NCBI GenBank assembly: GCA_964187785.1
Contig: OZ076409.1
Location: 22,818,001-22,882,000 of the forward strand
DNA: 64,000 nucleotides
Direction: 5' to 3'
From: Amphiscolops sp. MND2022
Taxonomy: Eukaryota
Position 1 is the stretch's first letter. Each line of letters starts with the position of its first letter. The notes beneath the pieces are model-generated. The model was given only the letters and a program-made list of their open reading frames with translations, had not been told where the DNA came from and made no database searches. Shown piece by piece: positions 24,330 to 36,128 of the stretch. Both the position numbers and the translations under genes were made by a program.

Positions 24330-25409
24330 GCGGTCTTGAGTTCACACTGCCTGTTACTGTTCCTCCATTACCCGCTAATATTGCTTTCGGTCCCTTTAAC
24401 TATGAACGAGAACCCATTCAGATGGTACGTTGCATTCCAGCTGACCTCTTGTATGATAGGTATAATGTCGTTGCAACGCCAGGGGATGTGTATCAACCAA
24501 CAACTCATTGGTGGCTATTGGTCACCGCCCCTCGCGCTTCTGATTTGGTTGACCCTTTAACCCTGCACACTTGTCTCGAGAGTTTACGAACCATGGCCTC
24601 TCCTAACAAAATAACATGTTTCCACGTCATCGACTTGTATCGCGGCAAAGTCAAGTTTGAGTGGTGGTTGGAACTTATCATCGCGATCTTATCGAGTTTC
24701 CCTCGAATCCGCTTTCTCGACAGTGGACACATTCTTTTCCACGACCCACTTCACTCCAATCTGCCTTGCACGCGCTGGATACATGGTCCAGGGCAAACAT
24801 CGATAATCAATCCTTGCCTCGCTCGGTGTGGCAAGACTTGGGAACGATTAAGGGCTGTCTACCGGCTTCCTACGATGATGGCCTCTCCAATGATCCTGGA
24901 CGAGAACTGGTATATCATGGAATCGTGCGACCTCAACTGGTCGACTACACACAGTATGCCAGCACGGATTTCCTACAAGCTTCCCATCATGTTGTTTTGT
25001 GTGCCCCGCGAATCTGGAGACTAATTCTGCCGCCCTTCGCTACGTAATGCGTGAGCATGGAGCCGACACCATATTTCGACTCCGATCGGAAGTTGGAAAT
25101 GTATTGACGCTCCCTGTGTCTATGAAGAACGACAAACCCCAAACTATACATTTATTGATTACGCGCGCCACGCCCCGTTGCCCCATGATAGCTGATACTC
25201 TTTTCGTATGTCTGGAATATTTGAAAACGTTACTCGAACGCCTAGAAGCCACCGAGGTTCATTTTGCTATCATCGATCCCGAGCGCCCGATACGTAATCT
25301 CTTTGATTTTTATACCTGCTTAATGGACGCGTTCGCTGATACACCTTTGTCTGTGGTATTACATGATCGCATTTACGTTTCCATCGCGAGCATCGCTAGC
25401 TTTCCGTGA
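24330..25409 (+). pseudogene. Two tandem TARG1/OARD1 (Poa1p)-like macrodomains at the Pol C-terminus, with 2 frameshifts
   Basis: By-eye alignment to TARG1 (GDLF..HCIS..FG..GEV..YLITK..L..SL..F..I.V); frameshifts at ~24720 and ~25007 join ORFs 22811-25024, 24661-25047 and 24999-25409. Confidence 0.7.
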
Positions 25410-25558
25410 TTTTTTTTGTTGTTTTCTCGTATTCTTAGTTAGTTAAGCTTAATGAGTTGACGAAGTATGAGTGTATTTCTTGTTTTACCTTACTTATCCT
25501 TATGTCATTAGTTCCGCTACCTGGTTACCTGTCTTTGGTACTGCCCCAATGTGATTTT

Positions 25559-26903
25559 ATGTATTGCACTGCAAATGATCAACACGCAGTCAACTTGCGC
25601 TCTTTCAGAGACTTGGTGATGAATCACGGAGACAAAGCTGATGAAGGAAGTACCCCCACGATGTTCCAATGAATCACCTGCAATGGGACAGCGCATATAT
25701 GACACTGCGCGTGTTCAGCGAACATCTCAGGTCGCTTTCATTCGCGACCGCCTTGACCAAGGTCTCTCATCCGCTACTGTGGCTGGAGTGGCAGCGATAA
25801 TTGCACAGACGGAGTCCCAGACCCAAGCTCCAATGCTGACCATCTCAATCACGTCTGGTTTTCCTGGGTTTCAGCGGTCCATGACCTTCCATGAAGGAGT
25901 GTGGTTTGGTCATGATTTGACTCATCACTTCACTGACGATCGTGCTGCGATTTCCTATAGTTTACCCAGTGGCGGCGTCCACCAGACCCATTCTTTGCAG
26001 ATTCCATCTTGCCCTCCTCCACCACCACCGGTACCTGCATCTCAATCAGCCGCGGGTGCCGGAGAGCCCCCGGGCTCTCAGGCGCGCCCGCCTGCACCAG
26101 CGCCTCCTGATATGACGAATAGACCGTTGGCTGAACAGGCAGTTATCTCAGCCTTGCAAGCTGTCGCCATTGACCCACATTATTCTGACTTTATGACGTC
26201 CATGGAGCGATGCTGGCCGGAGTTACGCCAAATAACCCTTCCCACAGTCACAATTCAGAACACGAGTGCCCTCACTGCGCCATCCGCACTGACTGTTCCA
26301 CATGTGAACCCGCTGTCTGAACAACCGGGACATTCCCGCACAGTCACTATGGAACGCAGTCGCTCATCCTCACGCTCCTCATCTTCTCACAAGGGGGGAG
26401 GAGAGCGTCGTCCTGCTTCCCGAAAAAGGAATGATCGTTCACCGACAAGGGCAAGCACAAGTGCAATACCGCCAATGGCTGTTCGCGACAGCCCGTCGAG
26501 TAAACCACCACCGGATAAGAGAGTCTCCAACGAAAAAACCACGCCAGCATCCATAGAAGTACCCATGACTGTCAACGCATCTGATCACACAAAAACAATG
26601 GTGTCGGAAGCACCCGTGCTTCCTTCGCCGCCACCGAGCCAGTCCACTGAAGGACAAGGAATAATGCAACCACTGCCACCCTCACAACCGACATCGCGTG
26701 AATCGCTAGCACAAAGGGCGATTCCCAAACCATCGTCGTCAAAGCAGCAGCAAAGCAAACCCACAATCGGCTACCAAGGGACACCCCAGGCGCAGAGAAC
26801 CGTAGAGGATCATTGTCCGAGATGGAAGAGAAGAAGAGCACTTCGCCCAGGGCGCGCCACTCCTCCGCCACACAATGAAGCGAAGTCCAAACATCACCGT
26901 TAA
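25559..26903 (+). CDS. Additional ORF of element 2 in the env position; unknown function, Pro/Ser-rich C-terminal part
   Basis: 420-aa open frame 25641-26903; probably starts at MYCTANDQ (25559) via a 1-nt frameshift near 25635; no signal peptide or TM segment apparent. Confidence 0.7.
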
Positions 26904-27798
26904 ATTAAGAATTGCTGTTATGCTTTAAATGTCGCTACTAAGCTCTTTTATCGAAGCTTTGTTGTCAGATGTCGTTGATACGCTTCAACACTGTAACGAA
27001 CTTTGCAGTTGTATACGAAAACATCAATTAATCACGGTGCAGAAACCAAGATGCGAGGTTGAAGCCCGCGGGCTTCTTCCTCCTCATCTGTATCAATTCG
27101 GTGCAATAATTTTCGTTGTAGTTAGTGTTACTAGCTTGAGGGTATATAGTACACATCCCAAGCATATTCATCAGGTGCTATTACACCCATTTTAGTTACT
27201 AGTTTTGATATTGATTTTTAATAACGTCTGGAAAGACGGAAAAAGAAGAGAAGAGAACAAAGGAAAAGAAAGAAAACAAAGCTTTTGAGCATTAACCTGT
27301 TGTTTTCCTTGAGTTACATAGAAGGACTGAGATTGAGTCTCACAAAATATTTTTTAAAATAAAAATTGACTATATCTGTTAAATTGATGGGAGCTGCTAA
27401 AAAAGATAATTTTACCAAGCGCCAAGCAGCGCGAAGCTCCCGAGCTTCGGAAAAGAAATTTAACTTGTCATGTGAAGGTCGTTGACCTTAAAACAGATTT
27501 TGACACGGACGGCCGAACTTTGAGAGGCCGAAAAGAAGTTTTAAAAGCCCGAGTAGCTCGCGACGGGATATAAAAAAAAAATTGCCGTGTTAAATTTGTA
27601 TACGAAGCTGTAAGTAGTTTTGATCAAAATGCAGCAATGCTGGGTCAAAAACGCTTCCAATGGTCAACCGGACGACGCGACGACGAAACAGTCTATGCAA
27701 TGCAGCTTGCGACGGCAGATGAGCTCCTAGAGATGATACCTGGCAAGGAACTCGATGACGCCTACCCTCACTTGACGGGGACGTCAAGCATAGACCCC

Positions 27799-27807
27799 GG
27801 GGAGTGA
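27799..27807 (+). promoter_or_regulatory. Polypurine tract of element 2
   Basis: GGGGAGTGA immediately before the 3' LTR. Confidence 0.7.
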
Positions 27808-28539
27808 TGTAACGATCACTTATCGAGTCCGAGAATTCGAAATTTTTTTGGAAATTTCGTTCAAGGGACTAGATGCCCTCCCCTGAAAAGTCATATTCCG
27901 CTGAAGGATACCGTGTCTTTACCAAAGGAGCTGTCCCCGAAATTGAAAAGGATTTGAGCGAGAGAAGCAGAAGAGACCCACTACGAACTAGACGACTACA
28001 GGAATCCGCAAAACCTGTCAGAAAAAGACTCAAATTTCGGCCGATACGGACTAAACTCTGTTCCCATCGGTGCTTTCTTTAGCAGATCATTACAATATGT
28101 TGTGACCACCAAAATGAGTCAACTAGCTTGAACAAGCATCCGTGCTTGTGTCCCAGGCTAATTGCTGCCCCAAAAGGTGCTAATTATGCAGTAAATTGCG
28201 TATTTTGTCGTGGTAATAGCTCGTGAGCTACTTATTTCGATTTCCTCTGTAGCTACAAGAGAACACGATTTTCCTTTTCCACCTCACCTGTTTTTAAAGG
28301 CTATCTAAGCGTTGGTTTCGAAGAAAAAGCGTAATTCGCGTTGCTGATAGCAATTACAGACTGGATCAGACCGGCGAGCACTTCACAAGAAGCGGAATCC
28401 TCCTCTGACGGGACAGTTTTTACCCGAAGGAGGCAAAATGAGCTCATGGTCATGGGCGCCTGTCCCGGGCAAATACCCATATCATGTGTTCCTCTTACTC
28501 TCATGGTTACGGCGACAGTGGTGAGAGCCTGTCGTTACA
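27808..28539 (+). repeat. 3' LTR of element 2 (732 bp)
   Basis: Direct repeat of 11965-12695. Confidence 0.97.
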
Positions 28540-30493
28540 TACTGCTGAATCAACTCGAAGCAAATGGGAGATTTGAGTTCAATCGTTTGCAAACTTTTCC
28601 TGGATGACTGTTAGTTCCAGATATTGCTGAATGTTACACATGCAGAATTTATCCCGTTTTTCATTGCAGCAATGATTTTACCATAATGTTATCCAAATGG
28701 TTGGATAGCAAAACTATTTTTTGAAAGTTGTATGAATGTCGTGTTAGTTCTAATGGAGGGAGTGCTCTATCAACTCAAACTTACCATACTCTCCTCATTC
28801 TCATCTGCCCACTTTTTGAACACAGTGGGTACCTTATATAGTAGAATTGTTAGCATGTTGGGCTTGGAAACAGGAGTTCGCGGGTTCGGATCCCGCACTA
28901 ATTCCACAATTTTTTTTTTAAAATTGCAGAAGTAGACGAGACCAAAGGTCAAAGCACTTTCGGCACTGTGCCAATTTCGCCAGAAGGACCCTGTTTTGAT
29001 TTTTTGATGTTTTCAATAAGAAAATAGCATTTTTTGTGCCTCAAGCACTCGCTGTGCGAACGACTTTTTTTTCATTTTTTTTACTGCTTTGGGACATTCA
29101 AAGCATTTTTCGAGCCTCAGTGGCTTTTTCTGGGATAAGTTCCGCACAATGATTTTTATATTTAAAAAACTTTTGTAGAAACCACCTCCAACATATTTAA
29201 AATGTGTGTCATATTTGGTTTAAGTCTCTGTATAGGGAATAGGAATGGGTGATACGATTTTGCATTCCTTTGACACGTAGCAGGTTTTTTTTGGAAAAAT
29301 GTGGGAAGTAATTATAGCAGCTCTGCTACTTATGGCATGATATTACTTTTAATGCCACTAGATAAACATCTCTAATTTCAGTAAACTTCGCTATTTGTTC
29401 ACCTTAAGCTATGGCTTTAAATAATTTACAGGCTCAGAGAAAAACTTAGTTTTCTCTCAATCGCAATCAATATGAGTATATGAACAATTGTCTTGGAAGT
29501 GGGAGGTCTCCCTCTTCAAAAGGCACGGCGAAAAAATTGTGCATGCGAGAAAAAGCAAATTTTATGAAGCGACCAATCTAAAATCGTTTTGAGTTTGCGT
29601 CAAAACTGTTCTAGACAATTGAGATCTCTGGTTCCAACTTTTTTTGACATTCGCGCTACGAATTTGACATGTGAAGACCAGATAATAAGTATGGATTTAT
29701 GGATCGGTAACTTTCACTGAGACAGGAAGGCTTTTATTTGGCGGAGAAATGCAAAAAATTGATGTAGGTGCCAAATTTGGCAACTGAATCGCGGTTGAAT
29801 CTAAAAGTAACTAATAATTGTATTCCACCTTCAAGGTGATGACTAGGAACCGGATAATAGTTGATTTTTTGGGGGCAAAATAGTTGATAAAATAGTTGGT
29901 AAAAAAGGCGAAATAAATGAAAAAAAGATGAATTTTTCATGTCTTAGAGACAAAAGTTATGTTTTCCTTTGTAAGTCGCTGGCGCCTATCACATAAAATG
30001 GTGTTATAAACGCTGAAGTTGCGACAATGGGGGCAAACTTGGTGCACACCCTTTCTGTCAAAGAGCATTGTGAAAACCTGTTTTCACAATCATCTTGCAA
30101 AATTTCGCCACTTGACAATGAACGTAAAGCATCCTTTAAATTTTGTATCCTCTGTTTGAATCAAAAATCAGGCCTAGAGGAAGGTCCTTGATTCACTTCT
30201 CAATCCCCAGACAATGTTACGAATTCACAAATTAAACACTTTCTCAAAAAATGCAAAAATTCTATGGTTGCCTTCCTTTTGCTGGTATAACTCTGACATT
30301 TCAGATATCCTTTTGCACATTTATATGACTCCAATACAACGTATTCGATTGACTATTTTGTGGCTTCAAAAAAAGTTGGTAAAGGACATTCGCTTGAATT
30401 ATTCGGTGGTTTTGGTTGAAGCAGTTACCGAACGTAACGCAAACAAAAATATCGTTTGACAATGCTGCCTCACAAGCAAAAGCGCACAGCAGG

Positions 30494-30815
30494 TGTCGGA
30501 ACGTGTGTCTTGCCAATTTGGGGCAGTACTCAGAGCGTTCCCTTCTCTATTGCTAGAGGAAATCTTCTCAGTTAGTACCAAAACTAAGTTCGTTAACTCG
30601 GTGATTTGTTTATTCATTTCGGAGAATCGTTGATTTACAGTACGTCGTTCAATGTCATTTCGATTGTCGAGCATGTTTCCATTATCAAATTCGTTTATAT
30701 GTTCTCTTGTAAGAATATCAGGTATACTGTCTTCACTCTCAGAATCACTATATCTATCTGTTCCGTTCATGTTTGTGGGGATATTTTCAGCTGTCTGAGA
30801 TTTAGTGTTAACCAT
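30494..30815 (-). pseudogene. Gag-like N-terminal fragment encoded inside the solo LTR
   Basis: MVNTKSQ start, acidic patch, heptad-like segment RFSEMNKQITELTNLVLVLTEKI; reaches the LTR end at ...TRSD. Confidence 0.55.
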
Positions 30816-31515
30816 AAAGGAAAATACTGGAGTTTTTTGGGGTTTATTGAGGTATTGTAATAAGCGAATTCAAGTATTGGAATGTTGAGGTTAGTTGTAT
30901 ACGTTTATGAATGTGGTTAGCAACTGTACGTAATAACACAAAATCTACTGATTGCGCACTCTCGCCTACAATTGAGTACGTCGATTTCGGTCACTTGACT
31001 ACATCGGCCAGTCATTTTGCACTATATTGATGGTGTGAAATAGCACCTCGATTACTAATTGCACAGTTTAAGACTAAGTTTGGTTTTGCACCGAAATATA
31101 ATGTACACGTGTTACCATAGTTACATTACTCACTAATTGGTGTACTCGTTTGGCACTGCAATGTAGTTATGTTGCTATCATCGTATGAGCAAATGGCTTA
31201 TGTAAGCATTGGTCCCAATGTTAACTGCATTAAAACAAAATCTGAAGGTGCATCAGCCACATTACTTGTACAATCAAAAATATAATATATCATGAAATTG
31301 GTTTAAAATGTAGAGAGTGTATGGATTATGATTGAGAATATAAATATAAATGACGCATTTAAAAGGTTCGAGTTTAAGTTTCATGATGTGGTTTAGTTAA
31401 CCACATTTTTTCCTTCGCCAGTATTCGTTTACTGTATTTTGGTTTGTTTCAGCTCTGGAATGTTGGGTGGTTAGTCGCATTTTCTGTTCAATATTCTCGT
31501 GCATCAGGCATGACA
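30494..31515 (-). mobile_element. Probable solo LTR (~1.0 kb) of a third LTR family
   Basis: TGTC...GACA termini; near-TSD GCAGG (30489-30493) / GGAGG (31516-31520); contains an MVNTKSQ ORF that runs through the end. Confidence 0.6.
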
Positions 31516-31784
31516 GGAGGTTCTCAATCTATTTTACATCTAATTAACAACCTATTTAGAGGAATTCTTTGTAGAGAATTCTGTTGTCATATTTTCAGCA
31601 CTGTGAGATTATTTTGTCCAAAAAAATTCAAGACATTAAAATATGTTGTATAGTCCCAGTGATTCAGAGACAGTTTTTCTGGGTGTGTTCCGTTCTTGAA
31701 AAGTTTCAGTTTTCTTGCTTTTCGAGTATGAGACTTGAGAACTTGTTTTAAGAGAAAACCTTCAAGTGTCCCAAACTTAATAAT

Positions 31785-31857
31785 AAGTGAAGCAAGCTCA
31801 ACATGAAGAAAAGAATGACAATTTTCACTCTTTTTTCATGTTGAGCTTGCTTCACTT
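31785..31857. repeat. 73-nt hairpin with 23-bp perfect arms
   Basis: AAGTGAAGCAAGCTCAACATGAA / TTCATGTTGAGCTTGCTTCACTT. Confidence 0.9.
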
Positions 31858-32605
31858 GGTGCAGTGAGAAATTGTATCTATAAATTTTCATGTGTTCTGA
31901 GTCTAACAAGTAAGTATCACAGTACAGAAAGTCCGAAAAAGTTGATTTTTGCGTTACTGTAGTGTCTTTCGAATGTCATGTTTTCCACAGGAACAGATTA
32001 TTGCAAACGTGTGAGCAAACTATGATATATTGTCCCCTTTTGGGTTTCACGTATTTCTTGGTGGGAAAATGTTGATTCCACTTGTTTTAAGCAGGCAAAA
32101 CACAGCTTCTTTAGTGTACTTTGAAGACCAAGCGTCTGAGTGCTTAGGATAAATATCTCTTGTTTTTTCTTCTTATTTTCGCCTTTTCTCTCGTTTTCAT
32201 TCATGTTATGCACATTTCATTTAATCCTATTAACGTATCAACGTAGTTCCCTAATATTAGAGCTAGCTAATTAATATTAGTCCCACGGCCAAAGCATTCT
32301 GGGTTCAAAAATGGAACCATATGTACAGCATGGCTGGACTCAATTTTCGTCACCTGAGACAGCATTCTCTGTACGTACGGCGACAACTCATATCAAGCGA
32401 CAACTCATATCAAGCGACAACTCAAATCAAGCGATAACTCATATCAATCAAAACTCATATCAGAAAATCAGAATTTACAAACGAGCATTTTTTCCTAAGC
32501 CATCAGATAGTTAGGGAAAATTATTGAATTAATAAGTCATTATAAGAAATTATAAAATAGTAACAAGGTTTCGCGTTAAATATGTTTCAGTGTAAAGGAT
32601 AATTA

Positions 32606-33603
32606 CCCTGGTTGGAACCAGGGATTGGAAAATATTAAATGCGTTGACATTTAATGACAATATAATAACTGCAATAAATGAATGGTTTGCGAAAAGCAAT
32701 AAGAATTATTGAATGCTGGAATACCATTAACTTAACCAATTTAATTCAACCAATAAAATTCAAGTTTGTGATAAAAAGATAAAGTTTGTAATCCCATGTA
32801 TTCACAAGTTCGAATCATATAGAACGATTTTTTTTCAACGGCCAAGAAGTTCATTTGTCCGAATTTGCTATTACTGCAGAGCACATTGAAACTCAACTCT
32901 TTTTGCATATCAATAAATGTTATTGAAATGCAAATATCATTCAGTCATTATTGTAAAATTCATTTACAATAAATGCAATAAATGATTGTCTCCACTTTTT
33001 CATTAACAATAATTGATTCAGTAGCTACAATAATAATGCACTTAGTTTTTTCCAATCCCTGGTTGGAACTGCTGGAACTTTTTACAAGTTTTTGTAGGTT
33101 ACCAAGCTAATTTTGATGATTTTATAAAATTCTCAAGGAAACCTCCATGCATTAAAATTTCACTGATGCAATTTAAATTTATCAAGCAGCCTATAAGATG
33201 CATTCTAAATTTGGCGGCAATTCTGTGCCGCGAAGTTTTGCAGGTTTCATAAAGACGCCGTTCTTATTTTGAAAGCAGCTGAGACTTTCGTCATTTTTAC
33301 TTCGGTTTCAATGCAAATAAATTTCAGTCACATTATAAGTTTCAAAGCAGCGTCATACTCAGCGTGCTATTTGACTAACGGTGTTCACATGAGGTACTTA
33401 CTTGAGAAACTTACGCGTGAAAACAAAATGATCGCGGTGGTGAAGAAGTGGAAATGTTTTCAAGTTTAACTCAAATAGTGAAAGCTGCATAGTAATCCTA
33501 CAAAATGTTTCCATGCATGGTCACTGAATGTTCCATGTTTTATAAAAAGTTTTCCGGCATTTCTGAAGGTGCCTTTAAGACTTCGCGGCAATTTCGACTA
33601 GGG
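32606..33603 (+). mobile_element. CCC..GGG MITE (family X), TA-flanked
   Basis: TA|CCCTGGTTGGAAC..TGC ... GCAATTTCGACTAGGG|TA; body recurs at ~45610-46028, 46500-46989 (inverted) and 59330-59640. Confidence 0.75.
32619..33061. mobile_element. hAT-type MITE (443 bp)
   Basis: TIR CAGGGATTGGAAAA / TTTTCCAATCCCTG; perfect 8-bp TSD GTTGGAAC (32611-32618 and 33062-33069). Confidence 0.9.
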
Positions 33604-35714
33604 TAACTTCATTCGTCCACGAACGTTGCAGAGAAAATAATTTTGAGTAGAGCGCATGAAAGCGAAATGATGGCAAGAAACTTGGGAATTTCTGATTGCA
33701 GTTTATTATAAGTTCTGGAAATTTTCTTTTTTATTTTTAGATATTTGCAAATCTGATGTGAGTCTTCGCTTTTTCCTAATTGAGATAAGTTATCGCTTGA
33801 TATGAGTTGTCGCTTTTTCAAATTGATTTGAGTTGTCGCTAGATATGAGTTGTCGCTTGATATGAGTTGTCGCTATGCCTTCTCAGGCTTAAAATGAGGC
33901 TTTTAGTGTAAATTCAAGATTACCACTTCAAAAGAAAACCTCTTATCTTTTCCCGAAGTTTTCCATCAATTGGATAGAGTTTGTTTCAAAGTTTATGTAG
34001 GCTTCAGAAGCTTCTTTGAAGGCACAATTGAATGATGCCTGGATTTTCAAAGCTGTTGAAAAAGTGAACTAGAAGTTTTTTACAGAGTTGTCGATTTTTT
34101 TATCTGACAAAAGCAGTATACAAGCATTCATGCAGCATGTAAAAGATTCCTGTTCTTTTGACTAAAAACTACAGGTTTGGGTAAAATTAATATTTTTTGT
34201 TATTTGCGTTGTTGTACGATCTCACTTCCGTTTGAACTGTCTGTAACCGAGTAGTAATAAAATAGATGGATGTTCCCGTAGGCGTAAGATATCAAGACCG
34301 AAACCGCAAATACGTTAATGCGAATTTTGAATTGGAACGGACGTAATCTTGACAAAAATATTTCAGGGCACTGCTGTTGATGAAAAGCATCACTCTAGAA
34401 GTGAATGATGGGAAAATGAAAGAATCATGAATGTTGAATTCATCGATAGCTTCTTACTGACACTTGCATGGTTAATTGATAGTCGAAAAACTCTTCACTT
34501 ATGGGAGATGAAATGAAGCGAGGCAATTTCAAATGTCCTTCGGTGCTTCATTTGTTTTGTTGAAATTTCATGGATTCACGGCATAAAAGCACTCTACAGG
34601 CAATTCCGTGGGAAGCAAAATTATCTTGATAATTGGAAAACGGGAAAGACTGAAAGGTACGTTTTTGAAAGAAAAACACTTGAAATCTTTGCAGAAAGTG
34701 TGAAACTGTCGCTGAAGCACCGCTACGTTTAAACTAATCCATTTATAAATATATTACGTTTTTTGTGATGTGTTAAAAATTTCTCAGACACACTGCCAAT
34801 TTATAAAGGAGACTGCGTTTATCATCAATTGATGAAAGCTGAAAATTAAATGTTGAATAAAACCCTGAAATTCATGAAACTACCTTGATCAAGAGCCGTA
34901 AGGTTTGGAATTTGATGAGCTTTTATATTTATTCTCTTGGAAAGTAATTGGGTCAATTATTTGAACTCTCCTGCCTGTCAGTTTTGTGAAGTTTTATTCC
35001 TTCGAGAATCTCGTTTGACTTTGACAGACGTATTTCTATTTTTATCTTGAAATGCATAATCAGATTTTGATTGTGCGGATGTTGCAATTCAGGGAAAATA
35101 TCCGAACAAAACCTTCAAAACGTGTAGCAAAAGATACCGCAAAAGGAAAATGACAACGAAAATGAGATAACTGAATTTAATAAAAAGCGACAAGCAAATG
35201 AAAACAGAATTTTTATCAACGATTGATTGAGAAACTTTTGCAAGACATTATTTTACCATTGGAAGAACTGAAAACAAGCCGAGAAGGAACCTATTTGGCG
35301 ACCCATTTAAGGGTTGAAAAACACAAGGCATTTCAAACACACTGATAGTTATGCATGTTTTTGCGAAATTTCAAAACAGTCGCACAGTGCCAAATATACA
35401 AAAGGTTGGGGGATTTGAACTTTTTTCTTGTCCATGTGATTGCATGGTATCAATTTAAAGTATCCAAAGAGGGTTATTTTTTGAAACAAGAAAAAGAGGT
35501 TAAAAAACTTTAGGACAAAAAATATTCAAGAATGTGGATTCGTTTGACTTTTCTCGCTCCAAAAAATAAACGTTAAAAACTCAATTGGGCCATAGGTCGC
35601 CCGAAGTTATCGAAGGTCTATGACGACCGGACGCGTTATTTCCGAGAACATGTTGAGTCGTTTGCGTTAAACCAGGTAAGGGATGATATTCGTATCTTCT
35701 TATTTGAAACGAAG

Positions 35715-36128
35715 AACAAGCCGGGAACAGCCCAAGTTGGCGCCATATCTGAAGCTCAACAAATTATGTGAAATTTTGGAGAAAAAAATGAAAACGTTAT
35801 ATCCGCACTTTGAAAACGTTACATCTGCCCTTTGAAAACCTTATATCCGAACTTTGAAAACGTTATATCGAACCCTGAAAACGTTATATCCGAACTTTAA
35901 AAACGTTGTATCCAACTTTCAAAACGTTATATCTGAACTTTAACTTTGAAAACGTTACATCCGAACTTTGAAACGCTATATCCGAATTGAAATCCGGGTT
36001 GACCTTTCGTGCAAAGGACAAATGAACAAAAAAAGTACATCACAAAGAGTGAGATTGTCAGCTGAAAAAAAACTACCCACTGTAATAGTCGGGCTTTTTT
36101 CCTTAAGGGAAAAGGCGCCGACTAAAAA
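35715..36128 (-). mobile_element. HINE family A copy with an internal ~22-bp minisatellite
   Basis: AACAAG..GTTGGCGCC at the left; hairpin AGTCGGGC..GCGCCGACTAAAAA at the right; (AAAACGTTATATCCGAACTTTG)n at ~35790-35990. Confidence 0.75.

Larger units (their letters stand above)
11965..28539 (+). mobile_element. Giant (16,575 bp) full-length Ty3/Gypsy LTR retrotransposon
   Basis: Near-identical LTRs with TGTAACGA..TCGTTACA termini, PBS, PPT, PR-RT-RH-IN order, extra 3' domains and an extra ORF. Confidence 0.97.
32375..33879. mobile_element. Foldback/MULE-like non-autonomous element with inverted arrays of 17-bp repeats
   Basis: (GCGACAACTCATATCAA)n at 32380-32460 and the inverse at 33780-33873; TSD not resolved. 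Confidence 0.75.

Noticed and set aside
35790..35990. CRISPR-like array (also 32380-32460, 51350-51443, 52217-52345)
   Set aside because: Head-to-tail tandem repeats without unique spacers, no cas genes, eukaryotic TE context
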